Of a stretch of 62,314 nt of DNA, positions 16,805-24,868 are shown in pieces (the stretch's first letter is position 1; each line of letters opens with the position of its first letter). The stretch covers positions 1 to 62,314 of the forward strand of contig CACYNF010000003.1 in assembly GCA_902775595.1 (NCBI GenBank), given 5' to 3'. A model generated the notes under the pieces. That model was not told where the DNA came from and did not search any database. It worked only from the letters and a program-made list of their open reading frames with translations. This DNA is from an uncultured bacterium (GTDB lineage: Bacteria > Verrucomicrobiota > Kiritimatiellia > RFP12 > UBA1067). A program made the translations under genes and the position numbers.

Positions 16805-19366
16805 CTAGCGCAAGTAAACGGACATGCCCGCCGCCGGCGGGACCAAGTAGCCCTCGTCATCGACTGTCATCGCGAGCAGCTTGCCGGATGCGGTTTTGAA
16901 CTTCACCGCCGCGAGCTGCTCCACCGTCAGCGCGGCGGCGCTCGTGCCGACGCGCACCGACTTCTTGCCCATCGTGCCGGAGAAGGCCAGCGTCTTGTCC
17001 GCCGTCCAAGCCATGCCGGACGACGCGTCGAATGTGATGCGCGCGCCGCGCGCGACCTCGATTTCCGAATCGCCGAGCACGCCCAGGGCTCCGAAATCGC
17101 CCGCCGCCGCCTCGGGAAAACGCACCGTGCCGGCCTCCACCTTGAACACGCCCGTGGTGCAGGAGGTGCTGTCTGCCGTGAGCTCGAGCGTGCCCGCGCC
17201 CTGCTTCCAGACGCCGAGATTCTCGCGAAAGCCCTCGTTGAACAGCGTGACGCCCTGTCGTTCGGTAATCGGCGATGTGACAAGAAGGTCCGTCTGCCCG
17301 TCTTCCGTCACATCGGCGACCTTGAAGTTGATGCCGACATACTTTTTGCTTGCCGCCGGGACCTGGTAACCGATCTGTATCTCGTCAAGAGACACCTTTG
17401 ATGGCGACGTGCCGCCGGCTGTGATGTAGCTCCACGTCTCGTAATAGCTTGTGAAGCCGACGCGCATCGGCTTGCCGGTCAAGACGGCGCCGTCGTTCAG
17501 CTGCCATTTGTAGAGCAGGCAGTCGATGTTTGCCGACTCGTTCGTCACCGAGCCGCCGTTGACGCAGACACCCATTATCGCACCGAGGCTCTTGTTGCTT
17601 AGCAGTCGCACCGCACCGCCCTTTTCGACATAGATGCCCTCGTCTGACCAAACCTGCGGCCCCCAATAGCCGTTTGCCTCGCCCATCCGAAGTGTGCCGC
17701 CATCAAGAATCCACGTCTGCCCCTTGCTTGACGAGGCCTGCGGCAGTGTGTTGTACTTAGCGACATATGAGTCTCCCGCCACGCGCAGCTCCCATGAGCT
17801 TCCTTTGTCCGAGGTAAAGGAAACGTCGCTGCCCGGCTTCGTGATGACGTATCCATGCCCCTTCTGCTCCACGGTAATCTTGCCGTTCATCGTCTGCGCG
17901 GCCGTGCCGGCCAACTCAAGCACAGCATCGCCGGACAGCGTAATTTCGCCTGTCACAGTGCCGTTTTCGAGAAGGCCTTCATCTTCCGTCTTCAGGACGA
18001 CGCCACCCGCCACCACCAGAGACGCACCCATGTCGAGATTGCCCTTGACGACAACTGACATATCCGTCGGAAGCACATCCTCCTTGCCTTCTGTATCATG
18101 ACGGTCGCGCCTCAGAACAGTCACACCGTCGCCAAGCGCCAGCGTCCCCTCGACGACCACCGAGGCATCGCAACCGAAGCAAACCGTTCCGCCGACCGAC
18201 ACGGTTGCCGCGCCCTCGCCCTTGAAGGTCACGGTCTCGGCCTCGCCAAGGAGATAGATACGCGAAGCCTGCGGCGTCCCCTCGACCGTCACTTCCGCCG
18301 AAACGGGGAATACCGCCGTTGCGCCGATTTGCCAGGCAGAGCGCACGCCGTCTGCCGTACACCAGTTGACCGACCCGGCGTTCCATGTCCCTTCGGCTTC
18401 CGTCCAGATCAGGACGTTCTCCTCGTACGCAAGCAGACCGGTGTCGCCAGCGATTGTCACGGCTTCCGGAATCGCACCGTACACGGCCGTCACGACCAGA
18501 TCGCCGGTGACGTTTTCAAAACCGACATCCCAGCCGGAGAACGGGTTGCCGTCGTAGGTGCGCCCGGTCATGTCGGGGGCCGTGGCGGATGTGCCCTCCT
18601 CGACCGTCTGCGTCGCGAGCGTCGTGCCGTCGGCATCGCGGAACGTGACGGTGAAGAGCTGGTGGTAGACGGCGGTGACGGTCAGGTTCTCCGTGACAGC
18701 AGTAAAGGCCGTGTCCCATCCGGCGAAGACATACCCGGAACGTGAGGGATTGGCCGGGGGCGTCGCGGCGGCGCCAAAGGCGACGGTCTGCGTGTCGAGA
18801 ACGGTTCCGTTCCAATCGACGAATGTGACGGTGTGGCTTTCGGTCGCGGTGAAGGTGAGGGTCAGATTCTTGCAAGAGGTGGAGAAAGTGCCAGAACTCT
18901 TGTAGGCATCCTGCTCGGCTTCGTTCATGAAATACCGGCAGCTCCCAGAGGATTGGTTGTTAAGGTCGGTTCCGTAGGCGCCGCCGGGGTAGCAGACTTT
19001 CGTGACACGGCCGCGTATGTCATTGCCGCTTTGCGTCAGAATAAGGAGGAGGCCGAAGTTATACCCATAGTTCATCCACTCGAAGTGGGCCTCTAGCGTA
19101 GAGCCATCATTGGAGTAGTGGTAGATGCCATCCACGCCGGCGTCATCGGCGACGATGTTGGAGAGCGTCAGGTTCTTCAGCGCGCCACCGAAGTAGTTTC
19201 GGATGTCGAGGGAAATCCCGGTGACAGCGAGAAGGTGTGCGTTCTCAAACAGGACGGAGTCTTCCGATGTTCCCGGCAGATTTCCCGAATAGGTCATCGC
19301 CGTATCGGCTTTCGCCATGAATGCCAGCAAAACAGCCGCCAGTACGCAGAAACAGGATTTCTTCAT
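16805..19366 (-). CDS. Secreted surface protein with Listeria-Bacteroides (InlB B) repeats and autotransporter-associated beta-strand repeats
   Basis: Signal MKKSCFCVLAAVLLAFMAKA. GYVFAGWDTAFTAVTENLTVTAVY and NPFSGWDVGFENVTGDLVVTAVY repeats; PATR-like GAGTLELTADSTSCTTGVFKVEAGTVRF. Ends AAGMSVYLR. Confidence 0.75.
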   Translation of the reverse strand: MKKSCFCVLAAVLLAFMAKADTAMTYSGNLPGTSEDSVLFENAHLLAVTGISLDIRNYFGGALKNLTLSNIVADDAGVDGIYHYSNDGSTLEAHFEWMNYGYNFGLLLILTQSGNDIRGRVTKVCYPGGAYGTDLNNQSSGSCRYFMNEAEQDAYKSSGTFSTSCKNLTLTFTATESHTVTFVDWNGTVLDTQTVAFGAAATPPANPSRSGYVFAGWDTAFTAVTENLTVTAVYHQLFTVTFRDADGTTLATQTVEEGTSATAPDMTGRTYDGNPFSGWDVGFENVTGDLVVTAVYGAIPEAVTIAGDTGLLAYEENVLIWTEAEGTWNAGSVNWCTADGVRSAWQIGATAVFPVSAEVTVEGTPQASRIYLLGEAETVTFKGEGAATVSVGGTVCFGCDASVVVEGTLALGDGVTVLRRDRHDTEGKEDVLPTDMSVVVKGNLDMGASLVVAGGVVLKTEDEGLLENGTVTGEITLSGDAVLELAGTAAQTMNGKITVEQKGHGYVITKPGSDVSFTSDKGSSWELRVAGDSYVAKYNTLPQASSSKGQTWILDGGTLRMGEANGYWGPQVWSDEGIYVEKGGAVRLLSNKSLGAIMGVCVNGGSVTNESANIDCLLYKWQLNDGAVLTGKPMRVGFTSYYETWSYITAGGTSPSKVSLDEIQIGYQVPAASKKYVGINFKVADVTEDGQTDLLVTSPITERQGVTLFNEGFRENLGVWKQGAGTLELTADSTSCTTGVFKVEAGTVRFPEAAAGDFGALGVLGDSEIEVARGARITFDASSGMAWTADKTLAFSGTMGKKSVRVGTSAAALTVEQLAAVKFKTASGKLLAMTVDDEGYLVPPAAGMSVYLR

Positions 19367-19379
19367 GTCAGTTAGCTCG

Positions 19380-20612
19380 TTATTTGTTGACGCCGAGCGT
19401 CATTTCGCCGATCACGTAGCCCTGCGCGTTGTAGTTCGCCGCCGAAGCGCACGCGCCGTTGTAATTGCCGTCGACGGCGAAGTTGAGCCCGTAGTCCTTG
19501 AAGTTGTAGCGGTAGCGGTTCCAAAGGACGCGCGCCGTGACATCGCCGGTGAACTCCTGCTTCAGCTCGAGGCAGATGACGCGCATGCAGCTGTCCTTCG
19601 GCGAGCAGCTCTGGAGCTGGCACGTGTAGGTCTTCTTCTCCGGATCGTAGTTCTCGAAATGCACCTGGCAGTCGAACGGACCGCCCGGCACCCAGACGCC
19701 TCCGATCTTCGCGCCAGTCACCCTGACCTTCGATATGTCCGTGCCCTTCAAGACGACCTGCTCGGTCGACGAAATGAACTTCTTCACGACGACGTCCTTA
19801 GCCTTCCCGTCGTCCGTGAAGACCATCTTCTTGTTCGCGAGCAGCTCCGCGTTGGGATAGACCTTCATCATCGTCTTCGCGAGAATGTTCGCCATGCGCT
19901 GATAGCCCGCGTCGTTCGGATGCAGCGCCGTGTCGATCGAAAGGTCCGCGAGTTCGTCCTGCTCACCGCAGGTCGAATAGAAGTCCGCGACTGGAAGCTT
20001 CTCCTTCTTCGCGATGGCAAGGACGAGATCGGCGTAGTCCTTCAGGAAATAGCCCGGCTTGCCGTCGCGCTCCGTCTGCCGCGCGTCGCAGCGGTCCGGC
20101 AGGTAGCCGCCGAATCCGTAGCCCTTGCGCGGCGTGCAGAGGATGATCTTCGCCTTCGGGTTCGTCGCGCGGAGCTTGTCGATGACCTGGCGGTATGTCG
20201 CGGCGAAGGTTCCGTTCTTCGTGTCGTTCGCGTAGTCGGCCATCGTGCCGGGCGGCACGCGGTTGCCCCAGTCGTTGATGCCGTGTTCGACCGTGTAGAG
20301 ATCGGCGTCCTGAATGCACCACAGGGTCGAGTTGAGGCAGGCCCCGCTGATGCCGCGGTTCGTGAATTCGTCGAACTTGATCTGCTCCATCAGCCACGAC
20401 TGATAGCCCTTCTGGAACTTCCCGCCAGCATGGCTGTTGTACCAAGTGATGGAGGTTCCGAGACTCAGCCAGCGCAGCGGCAGATAGCGCGGCGCGCCGA
20501 TTCCCGTCTTCGAGTCCGCCGCCGTCAAGGGCACATCCTTCACTCGATTTCCCGCCGCCTGCGCCCCGAGCGCGGCAAGCGCCGTCATGCCGATTACAAC
20601 CAGTGTCTTCAT
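19380..20612 (-). CDS. Secreted SGNH/GDSL-type esterase with a C-terminal beta-sandwich domain
   Basis: Signal MKTLVVIGMTALAALGAQA. Block I LSLGTSITWYNS (nucleophile Ser); block V DTALHPNDAGYQRMA (DxxH). Confidence 0.8.
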   Translation of the reverse strand: MKTLVVIGMTALAALGAQAAGNRVKDVPLTAADSKTGIGAPRYLPLRWLSLGTSITWYNSHAGGKFQKGYQSWLMEQIKFDEFTNRGISGACLNSTLWCIQDADLYTVEHGINDWGNRVPPGTMADYANDTKNGTFAATYRQVIDKLRATNPKAKIILCTPRKGYGFGGYLPDRCDARQTERDGKPGYFLKDYADLVLAIAKKEKLPVADFYSTCGEQDELADLSIDTALHPNDAGYQRMANILAKTMMKVYPNAELLANKKMVFTDDGKAKDVVVKKFISSTEQVVLKGTDISKVRVTGAKIGGVWVPGGPFDCQVHFENYDPEKKTYTCQLQSCSPKDSCMRVICLELKQEFTGDVTARVLWNRYRYNFKDYGLNFAVDGNYNGACASAANYNAQGYVIGEMTLGVNK

Positions 20613-20653
20613 TCTAACCCTTTTGATCTGTCCAATGACAACTACATGTGCAT

Positions 20654-20661
20654 ATTATACA
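20654..20661 (-). promoter_or_regulatory. Candidate -10 (TGTATAAT) of the SGNH esterase gene
   Basis: Sense strand gTGTATAAT, ending 41 nt before ATG 20612. A duplicated copy with TACAAT lies at 22411..22418. Confidence 0.4.
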
Positions 20662-20708
20662 CCCTCAGCCCCGAAACGACAAGTGACCCTAATTGACTAT
20701 AATTGACC

Positions 20709-22253
20709 CTACCGAACCAAAATCAAAAGGCCCCCACTAGCCGTATTCTTGATCGGCAGAACTTCCGGTCCAACGACAAGCGCTGCAATCTCTTCGCCTA
20801 TGAATGGATAAAAAGAACTCTGCCGGACGTCATAGAGCCCGTACACTTTGTCAACCGTGTTTGAACACGGCACGAAATCACGAACGACCGCATCGCCCTC
20901 CTTCATGACGAGCGAATATACGGTAATCGACACCGGCGCGGCATAGCCGCTGGCGCCGCCAGACGCCGCAAGGTAGACATCGCCGCTCGCGACATTCTCT
21001 ATCTCCGTGCCGCTGTTGCTGTACAGAACGGTACGCTGCTCATTCTGGATCGTGAGGTAGAAATTTCCGACGGACACGAAATAGCGCGTACCCAGCGACA
21101 AGCGAACGCTGTCGCTCAATCCCAGTCGGTTTTTGTCGTTGCCAAGGTCGAATGCGGCTTTATGAGACGTCGTGGGCGACTGGAAGAAACGCCATGCAGA
21201 ACCATAGCCGAGGTAGCTGTTGCCGGTATATTCATGAGGAATAAAATCAAGCTCCGCCGCAAGTGCCGCGGACGACTTGACGCCCGTATTCACGCACTGC
21301 TTTCCAGAGGTCTTGATGTATTCGACCTGGACGTACTCCTCGGGCAAATAGCGACATGGGTCGCGCGCCGTCTTGAACGTGCCCGATGTCATTTCAGACT
21401 TGTTGTCCGAACCAGAGGAGAGATAAGCGGTATAATGATACGTCGTATTGTGATCGAGGTTTTTCAGCTTGATGTCATAGCGCGAGCCGGCCGCGAGCCC
21501 CGTCGTGACGCGCTTCGGCACAAGTGCCTCGGCGTCTGGGCCGTATGCGAAATAGAGATCGGCAGCATCGGCCGCGCCAGTCGATCTGACGAGAGCCGAC
21601 AATTGAGCCGAGTATTCCGACGTTTCCGTCACGTTCAGCAGCACACAAGGTAGACCTGTTGCGACGCCGCACGCCTCGATTTCGACGTAACCGGAGCCGC
21701 CGTTGTCCTGCCTGGCCGGGAATGTTACGCGCAGATACGATGCGCCGACGGCGAGAGCCAAGCCGTTTTCGTCGGACAACCGTGCGTAAAGCGCACCTGA
21801 GCTGCTATTGTTGCCGGCCTTGCCTTTAGTCCCATATTCAACGCCAGAGGATACGACCGTCCAAGTCTCGTTGTCGGACGACACCTCCACATTCCCGATG
21901 GCGATGCCGTCACGTCCGCCGTCGCCCCAGCGCGTGAAAATCTTGACGTCGTAAATGTCGGACCCTCTGCCAAGATTCCATGTGACGCTCCCGGAAACGA
22001 TGGCGACCACCTTCGTGGCATCGAATGCCGCTCCCGGCATGACTCCATCGGAAAGACCTGCGTCTGCTGCGTATACGGGATTGTCTTTCGTATAGCGCTC
22101 GAGCGACGACGTCAGCTTAACGCGGTCCGCCGTCAGCAGATTGTCGACCGACGGCTCCCATTCGCCAGGCGTGTACGACCCCGTCTCCCAAACGGCGGCG
22201 GCGGCAGAGAAAAGATTGAAGATAGCAGCAAGAAGAACCGAAGTGCGTTTCAT
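20709..22253 (-). CDS. Secreted protein with an N-terminal discoidin/galactose-binding-like domain and an Fn3-like domain
   Basis: Signal MKRTSVLLAAIFNLFSAAAA. DIYDVKIFTRWGDGGRDGIAIGNVEVSSDNETWTVV (F5/8-type-C-like); NTTYHYTAYL (Fn3-like). Ends GGLLILVR. Confidence 0.7.
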   Translation of the reverse strand: MKRTSVLLAAIFNLFSAAAAVWETGSYTPGEWEPSVDNLLTADRVKLTSSLERYTKDNPVYAADAGLSDGVMPGAAFDATKVVAIVSGSVTWNLGRGSDIYDVKIFTRWGDGGRDGIAIGNVEVSSDNETWTVVSSGVEYGTKGKAGNNSSSGALYARLSDENGLALAVGASYLRVTFPARQDNGGSGYVEIEACGVATGLPCVLLNVTETSEYSAQLSALVRSTGAADAADLYFAYGPDAEALVPKRVTTGLAAGSRYDIKLKNLDHNTTYHYTAYLSSGSDNKSEMTSGTFKTARDPCRYLPEEYVQVEYIKTSGKQCVNTGVKSSAALAAELDFIPHEYTGNSYLGYGSAWRFFQSPTTSHKAAFDLGNDKNRLGLSDSVRLSLGTRYFVSVGNFYLTIQNEQRTVLYSNSGTEIENVASGDVYLAASGGASGYAAPVSITVYSLVMKEGDAVVRDFVPCSNTVDKVYGLYDVRQSSFYPFIGEEIAALVVGPEVLPIKNTASGGLLILVR

Positions 22254-22270
22254 ATATAACAGTCTTTCTC

Positions 22271-22369
22271 CTAATCGTGGTTTTCGAAATGCATCTGGTA
22301 GTCAAACGCACCGCCCGGCGCCCCGAGCGCGGCAAGCGCCGTCATACCGATTACAACCAGTGTCTTCAT
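22271..22369 (-). pseudogene. Internal-deletion remnant of a second copy of the SGNH esterase gene (32-codon ORF)
   Basis: 22318..22369 matches 20561..20612 (start codon plus signal-peptide codons) with one mismatch. 22276..22320 matches 19645..19690. About 870 bp is missing between the two segments. It encodes MKTLVVIGMTALAALGAPGGAFDYQMHFENHD. Confidence 0.8.
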
Positions 22370-22410
22370 TCTAACCTTTTTGAACTGTCCAGTGACAACT
22401 ATATGCGCAT

Positions 22411-22418
22411 ATTGTACA
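22411..22418 (-). promoter_or_regulatory. Duplicated copy of the SGNH-gene promoter region, now upstream of the 20709..22253 gene
   Basis: 22370..22445 aligns with 20613..20690 at roughly 80 percent identity by eye. The sense-strand -10 reads TGTACAAT. Confidence 0.4.
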
Positions 22419-22512
22419 CCATTAGCCCTCAACCGACAAGGGGGAAAGTTGTACAATTAAGTGAGTCAAATCGAAAAGGCAAGGTTTCGAGGTGGAGAGC
22501 AGAGGCAAAAAG

Positions 22513-22599
22513 GAACAAATGGGGAGACACCCCTTTGTCGTTGCTCTTTTTATCGCCAATTTCGATGTTTTCTTTCACTTTCCTTATTTTTAACGATGT
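22513..22599 (-). ncRNA. Candidate small RNA of about 85 nt (copy 1)
   Basis: Would run from the predicted start about 7 nt downstream of the -10 to the hairpin ACAAAGGGG-tgtct-CCCC(A)TTTGT (22515..22538). The transcript is purine/A-rich. No start codon lies downstream of the predicted start site. Confidence 0.25.
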
Positions 22600-22605
22600 T
22601 GGCAT

Positions 22606-22635
22606 ATTATAGCGAAACTTCCGCGCTGAAATCAA
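22606..22635 (-). promoter_or_regulatory. Strong sigma70-type promoter inside repeat copy 1
   Basis: Sense strand TTGATT (22635..22630), 18 nt, TATAAT (22611..22606). Confidence 0.55.
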
Positions 22636-22664
22636 CCGCGGCAAAATGAGATTACGGCGCGGAC

Positions 22665-22751
22665 GAACAAATGGGGAGACACCCCTTTGTCGTTGCTCTT
22701 TTCATCGCCAATTTCGATGTTTTCTTTCACTTTCCTTATTTTTAACGATGT
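22665..22751 (-). ncRNA. Candidate small RNA of about 85 nt (copy 2)
   Basis: Same arrangement as copy 1; hairpin at 22667..22690. Confidence 0.25.
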
Positions 22752-22757
22752 TGGTAT

Positions 22758-22787
22758 ATTATAGCGAAACTTCCGCGCTGAAATCAA
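22758..22787 (-). promoter_or_regulatory. Strong sigma70-type promoter inside repeat copy 2
   Basis: Identical TTGATT-N18-TATAAT, 152 bp from copy 1. Confidence 0.55.
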
Positions 22788-23175
22788 CCGCGGCAAAATG
22801 AGATTACGGCGCGGACGAAATATAGTAAGAGACAGCCAAAGTCGTTTAAGGTCATGTAGCATCGGATAGCGTCGCGGCACATTTGTCGCGGGCTAAGCGA
22901 GCTGACGGAACGTCGGCGAGCGCAAAAGCTGCGAAGACAAACGCGCCTTATGGAAGGTGAGGCAAGGGACGAGGGGGCGAGTGCCGAACTGAGCGACATG
23001 CAACAACGCGGTTCGTCGGATGCGCGGTGAGACACGTCGCAAGGCGAGGAGACGGTATCCCGGCGACGAAGCATTGCGGCGCGTATCGCCACGAAGACGA
23101 CGGGAGCGGCGGCGCAGGGAGCGGGAGAGAGGTCGAGCCACCGAGCACCGCGCCGAACTCCCGAGGGTGCCAAGC

Positions 23176-23334
23176 GCGGCTTTGTTTCGGGCCGAAGCCG
23201 GGCGGAACCTTTCTGAGCGCGGTGGATTCGACAGGACCGCGGCCCGACGGCGTATATGTATACGCCAAGCGGCCGCGTGGACGGAGAAGCCGCCCGCCCA
23301 TAAAGGCGAGCACGGTTGCCCGAAACAAAGCCGC
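23176..23334. repeat. Perfect 17-bp long-range inverted repeat enclosing a hairpin-rich 125-nt core
   Basis: gcggctttgtttcgggc (23176..23192) is the exact reverse complement of gcccgaaacaaagccgc (23318..23334). The palindrome ggcgtatatgtatacgcc (23249..23266) lies near the centre. Confidence 0.6.
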
Positions 23335-23437
23335 ACATTGACAGGCAAACCAGCCCAGCACAAAACGGGATTATGGTCAGATAGGGCCAGGCGAATAGGG
23401 TCGAGTAGGGTCAGCGGTGGCAAGACCAATTCGGGTC

Positions 23438-23494
23438 GCATATCCCCCTGCCGAAGGCATCCCGAAGGGGCGGCTATGCGGGGTGCAGATATGC
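23438..23494 (-). other. Nested stem-loop about 40 nt downstream of the purH stop codon
   Basis: Sense strand: GCATATC...CCCC-ttcggga-TGCC-TTCG-GGCA-GGGG-GATATGC. No U-tract follows, so it is not a canonical intrinsic terminator. Confidence 0.35.
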
Positions 23495-23535
23495 CGCGCC
23501 GCCGCATGATGTGCTTTCGGTCGTCGCCGAGCGTC

Positions 23536-24834
23536 TTAGTGCCGGAACGAGCGCTGGCCGGTGAAGACCATCGCGACGCCTGCGTCGTTCGCGCAGTCGA
23601 TCACGTCCCAATCGCGAATCGCGCCGCCGGGCTGGACAACCGACGTGATGCCCTGGCGGATGCCGACTTCGAGCCCGTCGCGGAACGGGAAGAACGCGTC
23701 CGAAACCATCGCGCAACCAGGAAGCCCGCCCTTCTCGGCCTTCGTCTGCTCCATGATCTCCGCCTGCTTCTTCGCGCCGTCGTCCTCGCCGAACTTAAGG
23801 CGGAGGTCGTTGAACGGAAGCTGGTATTTTTCCCACGCGATCCAGTCGGCGTGCTTCGTGTACGCCTTGTCGCGCGCAATCTCCGCGACGCCGACGCGAT
23901 CCTGCTCGCCCGTGCCGATGCCGACCGTCGCGCCGTCCTTCACGTAGAGGACGGAGTTGGACGTGACGCCCGCCTCGACGAGCCAGCCGAACACGAGGTC
24001 CTCGTACTCCTTCGCAGTCGGGAGGCGCTTGATCTTGTGCTCTTCAAATGTCACTTCGCCCGTCGCCTTGTTCGTGATCTTGCGGTTGCAGTAGGCGGGC
24101 ATGAAGTCCTCGGGCTTCCTCGCATTCGCACTGAACGACGTCTGCGCGACAATGCCGCCGTCAATAAGCGACTTGAAATCGACGACGTGCTTTGCGACAA
24201 AGTCGGTGAGGCGCGACATGTTCTTGATGCGAAAGACGCGCAGGTTCTTCTTCGTGGCGAAAAGATCCATTACGCCAGGAGCAAAATCGGGAGCAACGAC
24301 GACTTCGGCGTAGTTTTCGACGATGAGCTTCGCCGTCTCCATGTCGCAGTCGCGGTTAAGGGCAATCGCGCCGCCGAACGCGGCGAGGCGGTCGGCCTTG
24401 TTCGCGCGAAAGTACGCCTCGGCGAGCGTGGAGCCCGTCGCGACGCCGCACGGGTTGTTGTGCTTGACGATGACGGCGCAGGGCTTGTCCATCAAATAGC
24501 GGAGAATGTTGAGCGCGTTGTCCGTGTCGGTGACGTTAGTCTTCCCCGGATGCTTGCCGGACTGGAGAAGCTCGGGAACGGACGCGAGGTACTGGCCCGC
24601 CTGAAGCATCTCGACGTCGCCGAGGACGAGGTTGCCGTTCACAAGCTTGTAGAGTGCGGCTTCCTGACCGGGGTTCTCGCCGTAGCGAAGCCCCTTCTCC
24701 TCGCCGCCGATGTTCCATGTCACCTTCTCGTAGTGGAAGGTCTGGCGGTTCGCGCCGTCGATGAACGAAATCTCCATCGCGGGCGCAAAGTGATCGGCTT
24801 CAATCGTCTTGTATGCTTCCTTCAGGTCTTTCAT
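23536..24834 (-). CDS. purH: AICAR formyltransferase (PurH AICARFT domain only; no MGS-like IMP cyclohydrolase domain)
   Basis: 432 aa. LRYGENPGQ about 50 residues from the N-terminus; VIVKHNNPCGVA; C-terminus GGAIRDWDVIDCANDAGVAMVFTGQRSFRH matches the PurH C-terminus. Confidence 0.85.
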   Translation of the reverse strand: MKDLKEAYKTIEADHFAPAMEISFIDGANRQTFHYEKVTWNIGGEEKGLRYGENPGQEAALYKLVNGNLVLGDVEMLQAGQYLASVPELLQSGKHPGKTNVTDTDNALNILRYLMDKPCAVIVKHNNPCGVATGSTLAEAYFRANKADRLAAFGGAIALNRDCDMETAKLIVENYAEVVVAPDFAPGVMDLFATKKNLRVFRIKNMSRLTDFVAKHVVDFKSLIDGGIVAQTSFSANARKPEDFMPAYCNRKITNKATGEVTFEEHKIKRLPTAKEYEDLVFGWLVEAGVTSNSVLYVKDGATVGIGTGEQDRVGVAEIARDKAYTKHADWIAWEKYQLPFNDLRLKFGEDDGAKKQAEIMEQTKAEKGGLPGCAMVSDAFFPFRDGLEVGIRQGITSVVQPGGAIRDWDVIDCANDAGVAMVFTGQRSFRH

Positions 24835-24868
24835 GGCTATTTTTGTTTTTTAGGTTTCAGATTTTTTT

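Larger units (their letters stand above)
22513..22816. repeat. Two tandem copies of a 152-bp AT-rich unit
   Basis: 22513..22664 and 22665..22816 differ at only two positions that I can see (t/c near 22550/22702 and c/t at 22603/22755). The unit is much more AT-rich than its surroundings. Confidence 0.9.

Noticed and set aside
22513-22816. The 152-bp repeats considered as a CRISPR array, as a DGR template/variable repeat pair, or as small protein genes (ORFs 22429..22644 and 22632..22880).
   Set aside because: There are only two long units with no spacers. The two differences are not adenine-specific, and no reverse transcriptase is nearby. The only in-repeat ATG directly abuts the TATAAT box, so it would not be in the transcript.
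23215-23245. tmRNA-like string GGTGGATTCGACAGGACC.
   Set aside because: There is no GGGG 5' acceptor end and no T-arm/CCA 3' end. No alanine-rich tag reading frame ending in a stop lies within the next 400 nt on either strand.
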